This document shows, one piece after another, positions 49,291-59,400 of a stretch of DNA of 64,000 nt. Both the position numbers and the translations under genes were made by a program. Every line of letters begins with the position of its first letter. Position 1 is the stretch's first letter. Under the pieces are notes generated by a model. That model saw only the letters and a program-made list of their open reading frames with translations, made no database searches and was not told the origin of the DNA. Origin of the DNA: Squalus acanthias (taxonomy: Eukaryota); the NCBI GenBank assembly GCA_030390025.1, contig CM059438.1:52950001-53014000 (forward strand), given 5' to 3'.

Positions 49291-51642
49291 ATGGAACGAA
49301 TTCTAGTATTGCTCGCGGCAATCGGATGTGGATTGGCCTATCGAGGCCGCACCAAGGATGTCGTGGTGTTTGGATGCTCCGGGGACACGGCCCCCATCGC
49401 GGTGGATGGGACCGGAAGACGGGAGGCTGAGGAGACCACCACCTATTTCCACAAGGGAAGGTGGCCAGGATGGCTGGGAACGAACTCGAGAGAGTATTCC
49501 AGCACATCGGGGTTTGCCTACAAAGAGACTTCTTTAATGTGCCCCAAAGTAAGGATCATCGCACCCAGGATCAGCGTCACCGTCGGCAAACGGATTTGTT
49601 TGACTTGTAGTGGGAATGTCCCATTGAGCCGATGGTGGTGGCTGCGAAAGCTGAGCAAAACTATGAGGAACTCTTCGGTCGAGTGGGAACGACTGGGTAA
49701 TAATACCCATCGGACAATTACGGGGACAAACGGACAAGTGAAAGTCTGTTGGGACAAATGGTGGGAACCGGACGAGGGAATTTATGTATGCATGTGGGGG
49801 TCAAAATACCCTTGCCCCAAAGGCATATCCATATTTTTCATTAATCAGTGGCAGGATAACGGACAGGGGATGAGGTGGGATGCGAGCACCAGGGGGTGCG
49901 GAGCCCCATACTCTTCGATCCCGGTAAATGCCACTGAGCTCATTACGCGCCCACGCAAAGCCCCGCCCACGATTCCGGTGGTTCTAGCTGAGGAAGAAGG
50001 GTGCCCTAAAACTAGTAAGGGACCCGGGAATGGTTTGGTACTGGTCCCCACAGACCAGATACTATTTCAGGGGGTACATTACGCGGTGGCCTCGGTGATT
50101 TTAAATCTCACCGAGGTGCGGTTACCAGAGTGGTGCCCCAAAAAGACGGAACAGTTGTATCAGGTCCTGTTGACCAAGATGTTCAGACAATTTTACGAAT
50201 TCGATTTCGCGGAAATTGATAAAACAAGTTTGTACACCGCACCACAGGAAGTTTTGGATCAAGTAGGGAGGCAAAGAAGGGGTTTGGTGAACGATGCGTT
50301 CACTGCTTTTAACACGGGTACATCTGTGGTCAATGCTCTAGACAGTGTGGAGCTGCAGACCCAGATTAATGGTTTAAAGACACAATTAAAAGACATTCTA
50401 ACAGATGAGAATAAGGTGGTTGGGTCGGGTCTACACGAGGACCAAGCCATGACTCTCCATTTAAAGGAAATTATAGCAGAGTTGGAGAAACATGCAAAGA
50501 CGGTAAATGCCCTGATTAGGGAAGATCGGAATGCATCCGATCAAGCTGCGCAGAACGAGGTGTGCGTGCTTTACGGGGCGTGGTTACTGGGCGAAGGCCG
50601 CAGTAATTTGGAGGATTTAAAACAAGGTTTGGTCCCGTCCTGGATAAGTAACAAACACCTGCGGGCGCTCCACCCTTTTCAGAACGCATTGAGCCCGTGC
50701 CAGCTCAGGCTAGCTTCAGAAGCATACCCAGTCCCCGTGGACTGCGGACGATCAAACCATACCATTATGGGTATAGTTTTACGCATGCCGGTTTTGGGCG
50801 ACACAGCAAAGCCCGCCCCGGTGTATCGGGTAGAGAACATTGGTGTCATTCAGGGGGGAGCCCACATTCGTTATGCAGCGGTTCCACCTTACGTCATCCG
50901 CTGGGAGCAAACGATGACAGGTACAGATCTCTCTGGTTGTCGTGGCAGGGGAGCACACATAATACTGTGCCCCCAGCACTTGAATGCCTTTTTAACACCA
51001 CAGTGCGGGTTCAGAACGACTGGCGCCAAGTCCATGAATTGTACCATGGAGGCAATGGCACAAGATCATGTGCCTCCGCAGGTAGCATACATCGGGGGTG
51101 GAACATATTGTGTTACCACTGCAGCGCAACACTACCAGCATGGAAACCGTAGCCGGTGTCCGGTGAGTGACAGCAGTTTCTGTTTTAAACCCAGGGCGGA
51201 AGTTCAAGTAGCACAACAGCGAATTATCCCAATCCCTGAACCATCCACTGTTCATCTCACAGTAAAAGAGAATTTCACCGACTTGCAACGATTCGTCGCG
51301 CATTTCGGATACCTCATTCCCCCTCTCCCTGAACACCTCACCAAGCTTTTAAAAGCCGTCGCGGTGTCACAGAAACATTTTTACACATTAGAGCAGAAAA
51401 CTGTCGAAATAGGAACAGACATTCTGGATATAGTAGTTCCACCGTGGTGGAATCTGTTCACCAATATTGAAGTGCCTTCATGGATCAGAATAGCCTCCCA
51501 CATTTTAGTCGTATGTCAAGTGTTTATTGTAGTGTACCTATTGGTCGTACATTGTAAAAGAGACAAACGCCTCACCAAGCATGAAAACACGGGAGAGTGG
51601 CGAGAACGTTACGTGCGCGTGCACGATGAAAGCACCGTGTAA
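49291..51642 (+). CDS. env: Env (copy 1), 783 aa class I fusion-like glycoprotein
   Basis: Splice acceptor at 49277, then MERILVLLAAIGCGLA signal peptide, furin RQRR (50269-50280), heptad repeat, Cys-rich region, TM IASHILVVCQVFIVVYLLVV, short tail. Confidence 0.9.
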   Translation: MERILVLLAAIGCGLAYRGRTKDVVVFGCSGDTAPIAVDGTGRREAEETTTYFHKGRWPGWLGTNSREYSSTSGFAYKETSLMCPKVRIIAPRISVTVGKRICLTCSGNVPLSRWWWLRKLSKTMRNSSVEWERLGNNTHRTITGTNGQVKVCWDKWWEPDEGIYVCMWGSKYPCPKGISIFFINQWQDNGQGMRWDASTRGCGAPYSSIPVNATELITRPRKAPPTIPVVLAEEEGCPKTSKGPGNGLVLVPTDQILFQGVHYAVASVILNLTEVRLPEWCPKKTEQLYQVLLTKMFRQFYEFDFAEIDKTSLYTAPQEVLDQVGRQRRGLVNDAFTAFNTGTSVVNALDSVELQTQINGLKTQLKDILTDENKVVGSGLHEDQAMTLHLKEIIAELEKHAKTVNALIREDRNASDQAAQNEVCVLYGAWLLGEGRSNLEDLKQGLVPSWISNKHLRALHPFQNALSPCQLRLASEAYPVPVDCGRSNHTIMGIVLRMPVLGDTAKPAPVYRVENIGVIQGGAHIRYAAVPPYVIRWEQTMTGTDLSGCRGRGAHIILCPQHLNAFLTPQCGFRTTGAKSMNCTMEAMAQDHVPPQVAYIGGGTYCVTTAAQHYQHGNRSRCPVSDSSFCFKPRAEVQVAQQRIIPIPEPSTVHLTVKENFTDLQRFVAHFGYLIPPLPEHLTKLLKAVAVSQKHFYTLEQKTVEIGTDILDIVVPPWWNLFTNIEVPSWIRIASHILVVCQVFIVVYLLVVHCKRDKRLTKHENTGEWRERYVRVHDESTV

Positions 51643-51927
51643 TCGGAAGATGGCGTCATTCCCGCTCGCCACGTGCGCCGCGGAAGTCTGTAATCGATCA
51701 TGATTTTCAAAGATTGTAAATACGTTTGGGAACTCGACCTGTGTTAAGAGTTGGTGTTGATTATTTTTGGTGATGGTGTTGTAGTTAAAAATGATTGTTT
51801 GGTTTTGGGTTCTGTTTTTCCTTTCCCTGAATAAAAGATGAATATACAGGTGATACGAGAGGCATCGGCCTGGTTACGCCGGGAAGGAAAACAAGTGGTG
51901 TAAGTTTAAGGGCAAATAAAGGCCCAC

Positions 51928-53019
51928 GGTTTGGCGGATTGAAAAGCGGAGGAACACTAGAGTGCTGCAGGATGAAAGAGTCATGGCAACTACCACAGAA
52001 CTTGGCGCAAACGTGCAAAAACTCCTTCTTGTGGTTACAAACCAGCTGTACGTTGAGGGAGTGGAAGCCCTTTCGGTTGACAAAGATAGCAGGGTTGTGA
52101 TGGGGTGCCCTAAGGGCCACATGTGTGCAGTCTATGACGCCCTGCACCATTGGCATGCCTGCCATATTTGCAAAGCCAACCGAACGCGCGGTTATACTTG
52201 CTTGATCCCTTGAGAACTGGATGTAATTGTGCGCCTTTGCGAAAAGGGCATTGGTAACCTGCGTGATGCAACTGTGGGTGGCTGACTGGGAGATGCCGCT
52301 GATGTCTGCTGATGATCCCTGGAAGGAGCCTGAGGCAAAGAAGTTGAGTGCGGTGATGACTTTGACAGCCACTGGTAAGGGGTGTCCACCCGTTCCTCTG
52401 GGCACCAGGTCTTGCTGCAGCAGTCCGCAGATCTCTCGGACAACCTCTCGCGAAAGGCTCAGCCTCCTTTGGCACTGCTGCTCACTCATGTTGAGCTAGC
52501 TCATCCTCTGTCTGTAAACCCTGTGTTGGGGTTATCTCCTGCGGCGAGGTGCCTCGATGCGCTGGCGCCTTCTGCCCTGTGCAGCATCAGGTGGCTGAGC
52601 AGGAGGTTGGGGCTCCTGCTGCTGTTGCTGCTGAGCTGCCTGGTTCTGCTGCTGCCGTGGATGCTCCTCATCCGAATCTGAGGTCCATGGTGAAAGGAAA
52701 TGAATGGTTCCCATGCTGCTGGCAGATGCCTCCATTGGGGAAGCACTCATTGCAAGCGGGGAGAGGGTCTTCCAAGGAGGTCCCACAGTTGATAGATACA
52801 AGCTGCAGCACCTCTGACTTCGGAAGGCCTGCTAAAAGTGCTGATAGACCTTTTAAAGCAAAGTTCTGCCACCTGCAACTAATCCCTGATGAAAGCTCCA
52901 TTTTAATGTTGGAGCTGCAGCTGTGAGGAGGCAACCCACTTGTCAACCCGCCAGGTTTAGCTGGCATGGTTTAGGAGGGTCGTGGAACATGCTGAAAATG
53001 TCAAAAAATAACGAGGGCC
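51928..53019 (-). mobile_element. Harbinger H5 fragment embedded between env and the next LTR
   Basis: Near-identical to 37676-38757; 234-aa minus ORF with the HARBI1-like N-terminal half running into antisense viral 3' UTR. Confidence 0.93.
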
Positions 53020-54660
53020 TGTAGAATTCGCAATATATCGCGATTTTATTAATAAGGAGAAAACACAGAGTCTCGTTCAAACAGCTTTTATTTCAGCAGA
53101 ATGCTGTCAGGTTTCTCAAAGTGGACACAAGCAGCCTGTAAAATGGCCGCCGCACCTCGTGACAGAACATTCTAGACTTTTCGACAGGCAGACAAGATGG
53201 CGTTCCAATAAACATTTGTGCAAGATCGATTAAGATTCAGCACAGTGAAGATAATACACGAGACATTATGGGTTTGCAGTATACACATAAATACTGAAAT
53301 CGGTCTCCCAGGTACGAATGAAAGCTATTGTACCGAGTAATCAAGGGCCCATCCAAAAGACATTAATATGTAAAATCCCAACGACTCTACGATGAGAGAG
53401 CCGTTAGCAGGTAGTTATACAAAACACTTGGAAGCCCCAAAACCCCTCCAGGGAGAACACCGACCGATTTAACAATGGGAGAAATATTAACAGGTACTCA
53501 GACAGTTACGAGTAGCCCCGAAACCCATTAAGAACGGAGATCACCCATACAAGACATTTGAGCGCCAAACTCAAACAAAAGAAAGGACATTAAGGTTGGG
53601 CGGGAAACGGAAGATTTTGTACTATAATTACAAGCTCCAACCGTCCATCTTTCTCTTATTCTCTTATCCGATCGACTCGTAACCTCGTGGCTGCTCCTGT
53701 GTTTTTGACTCGTAGTCTTGTTCCTGCTTGCCTGGTGCCTTTTTGAAAAAGACTGTTGAACTTTCTGATCCGTTCGGATCTACCTCGTGTCGCGTAACGA
53801 AGACCTATGTTGGTAACTGGCATCGGAACCAAAGGCCCGAGATGAGATGAGATGAGATGAGATGAGATGAGAAGAGAGGAAGACCATACTCATCGCCACG
53901 GTCAGTAAATCCCGACCGTGCCTGTAGGTCGAACAGCCAAGTTTTCCTTGCCAGGAAGACTTCTTTGAACTTGCAAGAACGGATCGTCAAAGATGATATT
54001 GACTGGGCTGTATTCGGAAAGTACCTGTTAAACCAACCAACACAGATCTTCATCACAGCAGACGGTCCAGCCTGCTAGCCGGAGCAGAAGCAAGTAAACA
54101 AGTGGGACCAGGAGACCTCCTGATCGACACGTGGGTGCTGCGGTGAAAAACATCCGATCAGCTATTCGGAATTTCTCCGAGTTATCACGAGTGGTGAGCA
54201 TGAGTCTCGAAATCCTACGAATCTAGCTAGGACAGATATTGATAGGGGAGGGTTTAAGTATTAAGGATACTTGTAATGTGTGCCCCTATTTACGGTGTGT
54301 CGTTCGTTCCTCGTTTCCCTAGGATCAGCTATATAACTGCTTGTAAGATTGTACTGTCATTAATCTGTGCTTATGACATGTATTTCGTAATCTTAAGTAT
54401 CATGCAATAAAGATTTTCCATTTCGTACCATTCAACCGAGTCTACATGAGTTTCATCTCCATTACTGCTCTCGCATCTAAGTCCAGTGTCTAGAACCGTA
54501 AGGGCGAGTGATTCGAACCACTCACAGGTGTGTCTAGTGCTCCCAGACTGGCTGGAGACCAGAACAGGCAACAAGGCCTAAACCCGCACTGACATACAGG
54601 CTGCACAGAGCCGCGTGAATCTCACAGGCTGCGAGACACGCAGGGTCAGAATCCCTTACA
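53020..54660 (+). mobile_element. ERV LTR copy 2 (1641 bp)
   Basis: Matches 38758-40397; the only difference seen is one extra G near 53981. Confidence 0.92.
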
Positions 54661-54664
54661 GAAA

Positions 54665-56473
54665 ATGGCGACCACGGCAGGACACTGGCAGCGAGAGGGT
54701 AGTGTGTTAGACTTTGGAATGACTGTACGAAATGTTATGCAGGAAAAGATAGCAGATTATGTGTTCGGAAAGGTTAATCTAACTAAGAAATGGATAAGTG
54801 AATTGTTAGCGGATAAAAGCCCGCTAGAGGCAGCCGAAAGGTGGACAGATAGTAAAGAACATAAAAAGACACTCGAGAAAGCAGTCTGGCTTATGTGTTA
54901 CAAAAGGCAGGTTCAGATTTCAAACCAGACCATTACAGCGCTAGTAGCTCGAATCAGTCATTTAGAGGGAGAAATGGATGAGAAGGTTTCTGGAGGGGAA
55001 ATGCTCATTAGGAATTTAAGTGCGTTGCACCAAGAACGCCAGGAAATCTCCAGTCACCATAAAACAAGGATAGATTACCTCGAGTGCCAGGTCACTGAGG
55101 CAAAGTTAAATGAGAGCAGGTTAAAGGAACGATGTGCCCGCCAAGCTGCCCAGATAAGAACTCAGGAAGAGAGCTTAACGGGGGTTAGGGCGGCATATAA
55201 GTTGGCCCTTGAGGATAAGTTTCAGGGAGCCGATCATAGCGCCTGCCAAAAAGAGATAGAGCACCTCAAAAGGGCCGTGAACAAAGCGCACGGCATGGTG
55301 TGCCTTATCAGTCCGTCAGCACACCAGCCGCTAGTAAGTGAGAAGATTAAGAAATCCCCACCAAGTAAAGCAGAGGAAGTAGTAGCCACTGCGCCCTCCG
55401 CGCCACCCAGCTATTCGGAAACCTGGGTTAGGGAGGAAGCAATGGAAGAAACGAAAGAGCCCATTGAGAAAGAAGTGGAAAAGGGACCGTTGTATCCAGT
55501 AACGGGTATTAAAAGGGGCCCAAACAGAAACGGTGGGGAAGAACCAGGGGATCTCCTCGGACAGCTTGTGTTGCCTCACAGCTCACACCAGCTGAGAGTT
55601 ATGATAAATCACGTACGGAAGCTGACCGAGTCAGACGACCCTTCCGTACATTTCAGAGAAGTTGAGCAAACCGCAGCCATTAACGGCTGCGATGATGGGG
55701 AAACAGCAAAAATGCTGTTGTTTTTGTTAGGCAGTACAATCCTTCAGTGTCTCTCAGGCGAGAGCAAGAGGGGAACCAAGACTTATGAGGCATTAAAGAA
55801 TGAGGTCCTGGAAGTGTTGGGGGCGGACGATGAAGGTCCGTTTGCTAGAGTGGGACAGACAGTGCAGATGGAGGGAGAACCCCCGAAGGTTTTTGCCGAC
55901 AGGCTGTGGCCAGTATATGAGCGCAGCTGTCTAGGTGCGCCCGAGCGCGAAGATGTGGAAGGCGCCGGTTTAGCTCATTGGCTTAGGTGCATAATAGCCA
56001 ACAGTTTACCAGCCGTCAGAGAGCAGGCAAAAGCATGGTTTGATCCCAATGACCCCAACATTACGGAAGAGTCGGTCTTGAATCGACTCACGTTAGGATA
56101 TCGCAATATAAGGGGTATGGCAACACGTCCCCTTAAGGGAAAAGTACATGAGGTACGACCCGCAGCCCCGTATCAAAGAGAGTGGCATCAGGAGGGTAAT
56201 CGCGCCCCACAGGCAAGTAATGCTTGTTACGGGTGTGGGAAGACAGGGCACTGGCGCAAGCATTGCAGGAACCCTTGGAAAGATTCCAAGGATAAAAATC
56301 CCGCGGTCCGAGCCCAGGCGCCTGTCCCGGCTAGGGAAGCTAATGCACCCACCCCTCCCGACGACCTCGAAGTAGTGTTAGGAGCCATGCGCAATCTATT
56401 GAGTGCACATGGAAAGGTGGCGGTCGCAACCGGCCCCGTAGGTGCCGCAGGACCGTCTAATAGTACCCCATGA
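54665..56473 (+). CDS. gag: Gag (copy 2)
   Basis: Translation identical to copy 1. Confidence 0.9.
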   Translation: MATTAGHWQREGSVLDFGMTVRNVMQEKIADYVFGKVNLTKKWISELLADKSPLEAAERWTDSKEHKKTLEKAVWLMCYKRQVQISNQTITALVARISHLEGEMDEKVSGGEMLIRNLSALHQERQEISSHHKTRIDYLECQVTEAKLNESRLKERCARQAAQIRTQEESLTGVRAAYKLALEDKFQGADHSACQKEIEHLKRAVNKAHGMVCLISPSAHQPLVSEKIKKSPPSKAEEVVATAPSAPPSYSETWVREEAMEETKEPIEKEVEKGPLYPVTGIKRGPNRNGGEEPGDLLGQLVLPHSSHQLRVMINHVRKLTESDDPSVHFREVEQTAAINGCDDGETAKMLLFLLGSTILQCLSGESKRGTKTYEALKNEVLEVLGADDEGPFARVGQTVQMEGEPPKVFADRLWPVYERSCLGAPEREDVEGAGLAHWLRCIIANSLPAVREQAKAWFDPNDPNITEESVLNRLTLGYRNIRGMATRPLKGKVHEVRPAAPYQREWHQEGNRAPQASNACYGCGKTGHWRKHCRNPWKDSKDKNPAVRAQAPVPAREANAPTPPDDLEVVLGAMRNLLSAHGKVAVATGPVGAAGPSNSTP

Positions 56474-59400
56474 CTAGAACCCGCGCAGCCCGTCTACCTG
56501 TGTCCGCTTAGCTATGATGCGTGGAAGCGACCTTTGGTGGAGATGGAGGTAGAGAAACAGAGGGGTAGTTATTTGTTGGACACGGGAGCTTCTTGCACCA
56601 TAATCCATACAGATAGCCCTTTTGACTCGCCGCTATCTACCAGGGTCCCATTCACGTTAGCGGGGTTCACAGGAAAAGAACAGGCTGGCGCGTTCTCCCT
56701 TCCGCTATCCATTCGTTTGGGAGCACTTCACCTTAAGTGGAAGTGTATACTGATGGAATGGCAGGAGGGGGGTGGAAGAGGTATTCTCGGGTCTGATCTT
56801 CTATCGGGACACGGGATCCTCGTGGACCTCAGAAATCACTGTCTCTGGGGGGCTAAGGGTGAAAAAGGCGAGGTAGTAGTGATTCCGGGGGAGGAAGAAA
56901 CAGGGGTCCTGTGTACCGTACAGCCATCCGGAGGCTACGACCTCAGGCTTATGGTCGCAGATGTCCCAACGGACATGCAAACGTACGTGTCAGATAATAT
57001 GCACGCGTTTGCAACCCACAAGCACGATTGTGGGAGGGTTATCGGGTTTGAGGTCAGCGTAGATGGGGACCCCATGACCCGACCCCAAAAGCAGTATAAC
57101 TTCCCCAAAGAAGCAGAACCCGATATGGAAACAGCAATGTCCTCTTTGGTGCAGCAGGGCGTGTTGAGGCCGATAGCCACACACGTGAACTCCCCATTAT
57201 GGCCGGTTAGGAAGCCGGATAATTCGTGGAGAGCCACGGTGGACTACAGAGTCCTTAACAGTAACATTCCCGCCTGCGCGCCCACGGTAGCAGCAGTTGC
57301 TGACCTGATAGGGAGCATCCCAGCGTCCGCGACCACGTTCACGGTGCTGGATATCTCGAACGGTTTTTGGTCCATCCCGCTGAGGCGAGAGGACCAGTAC
57401 AAGTTTGCCTTTACTTTCAAAGGACAACAGTACACATGGAACTGTCTGCCACAGGGTTTCCACAATAGCCCCAGTATTTTCCATCAGTGTATGGCAGGAA
57501 GTTTAAAGGAGTTTAGTCAGCCCAATCAGATAGTGCAGTACGTGGATGATTTGCTCCTATTTACGGACTCAAGGGAGGAGCATGGACCACTACTGGACGA
57601 GTTATTGGAGCTGCTAGCGAGAAAGGGTTTTAAAATAAATCCTAAGAAAGCACGTATCGGTCAGCGGGAAGTAAAATTCCTGGGACTGACCATACGCGCT
57701 GGGGAAAGAGCCATAGACAAAGCGAGGAGGGAGTCGGTGCAAGAATTACCGATTCCCAACAACATAAGGGGTGTGAGGTCCTTCTTGGGACTGACCGGTT
57801 ACTGCAGGGACTTTATCGAAGACTATGCGGCCACAGCAGCGCCGCTCCTCCGACTCCTCCATAAGGGGGTGGAGTGGTCTTGGGACGAGGGCTGCCAAGC
57901 AGCCTTCGAGAAGTTAAAAAGGGATCTGCAGACCGCGCCAGCCTTAGGGGCCATAGATGGGGGGAAGGAGTTTTTCCTGGAGGTAGCTGCCAGCGGAGAC
58001 AGCTTGAGCGCTGTGCTGCTCCAAGAGCGTCACGGCAAGCTGAGGCCGGTTGTCTATTCATCCAGGGTGTTAACGGATGTGGAGAGAAGTTTCTCCAATT
58101 GCGAAAGGCACCTTTTAGCCACGCATTGGGCTGTGAAAAGATCAGCGATCTTCACAGGGCTCTCTCCCATCACTCTCCTCACACATCACACACCAACTAA
58201 GATGCTTCTAGATGGGAGGATTAAAGATGGGACCGTAAGCAGCGTGCGTATTGCGCGCTGGACCCTTCTTCTTTCCCAGATGGATCTTAAAGTAAAAGGT
58301 CTTTGCGAGCCCAGGCTTGCGGCCAATTTGGTATACCCCGGTACAGCCCACCGGTGTTCGGTGGAAGGGGTGTGGGACGTCAACATAGGTTTACGGGCCG
58401 GGATACATCCCACTGGGCGCGAGATTTATGTTGATGGGTCTAGCACAGTAACTGCTGGCGAACGACTCACGGGGTGTGGAGTTTATGACCCTGCGGCAAA
58501 CCTTGCCCTGGCGATCAAGCTCCCCAGCACCATGAGCGCGCAGCAGGCTGAGCTGTCTGCCGTGGTGTACGTTGTTACCCACCCAGACATTTTCCCAACC
58601 CCATACACGATTTGCTCGGACAGTATGTTCACCTGCAATTCGTGTACGGAATACCTGGCCATTTGGTCCCGCCGTGGATACACCTCCGCGGACGGGCGAC
58701 CTTTAACGGTGAAGCCCTTGCTGGAAAAGATCTTAGCAGCAGCAGTAGGGGAGGAAGGAGAGATTTTCATCCATAAGGTGAAAGCTCACTCCTCCACAGA
58801 GCCCCGTGGGGAGGGCAACCAGCAGGCGGATGCGCTAGCCAGGGAAGGTGCCCGCAACGGCATTTTCTGGGACCCCTATGGGACCAGACCCATAGCAGCG
58901 ATCCAAGGCAGGGACGGGAATCCCGGGAACACCAGGGTAGCATTGCCCCTAGACCTTAAGACCGTCCAAACCCAGGATCCCGCCCTAAAAGCAGTCCTAA
59001 AAACCATTGCTGAGGGGAGGCAGGTAGAAGGTCCGTACAGTACGGCAACCCTCTCAGTTAAGGAAGGCATGCTGTTCCGCGAGGAGCAGTGGGTTGTGCC
59101 GCAGCAGCACAGGAGGGAATTCCTCCAGTTGGCTCACGAGGGACCAGGGGCAGGGCACCCCGGGCCCGAGGTTACCTGGCAACGGGTAGAGCAAGCGGGA
59201 TGGTGGCCAGGGCTCAGGGAACAAGTCCGCGAGTTCTGTGCAAACTGTCTTGTGTGCGCTGCAAACAACCCAGACCCCCAGAAAAGGAAGGTGCCCATGG
59301 GACACGTAAGAAGGGTAGAGGGACCATGGCAGTCGATACAGATCGACTATATAGGACCCCTGCCCACCACCCAGGGAGGTTATAAATACTGCCTCGTCTT

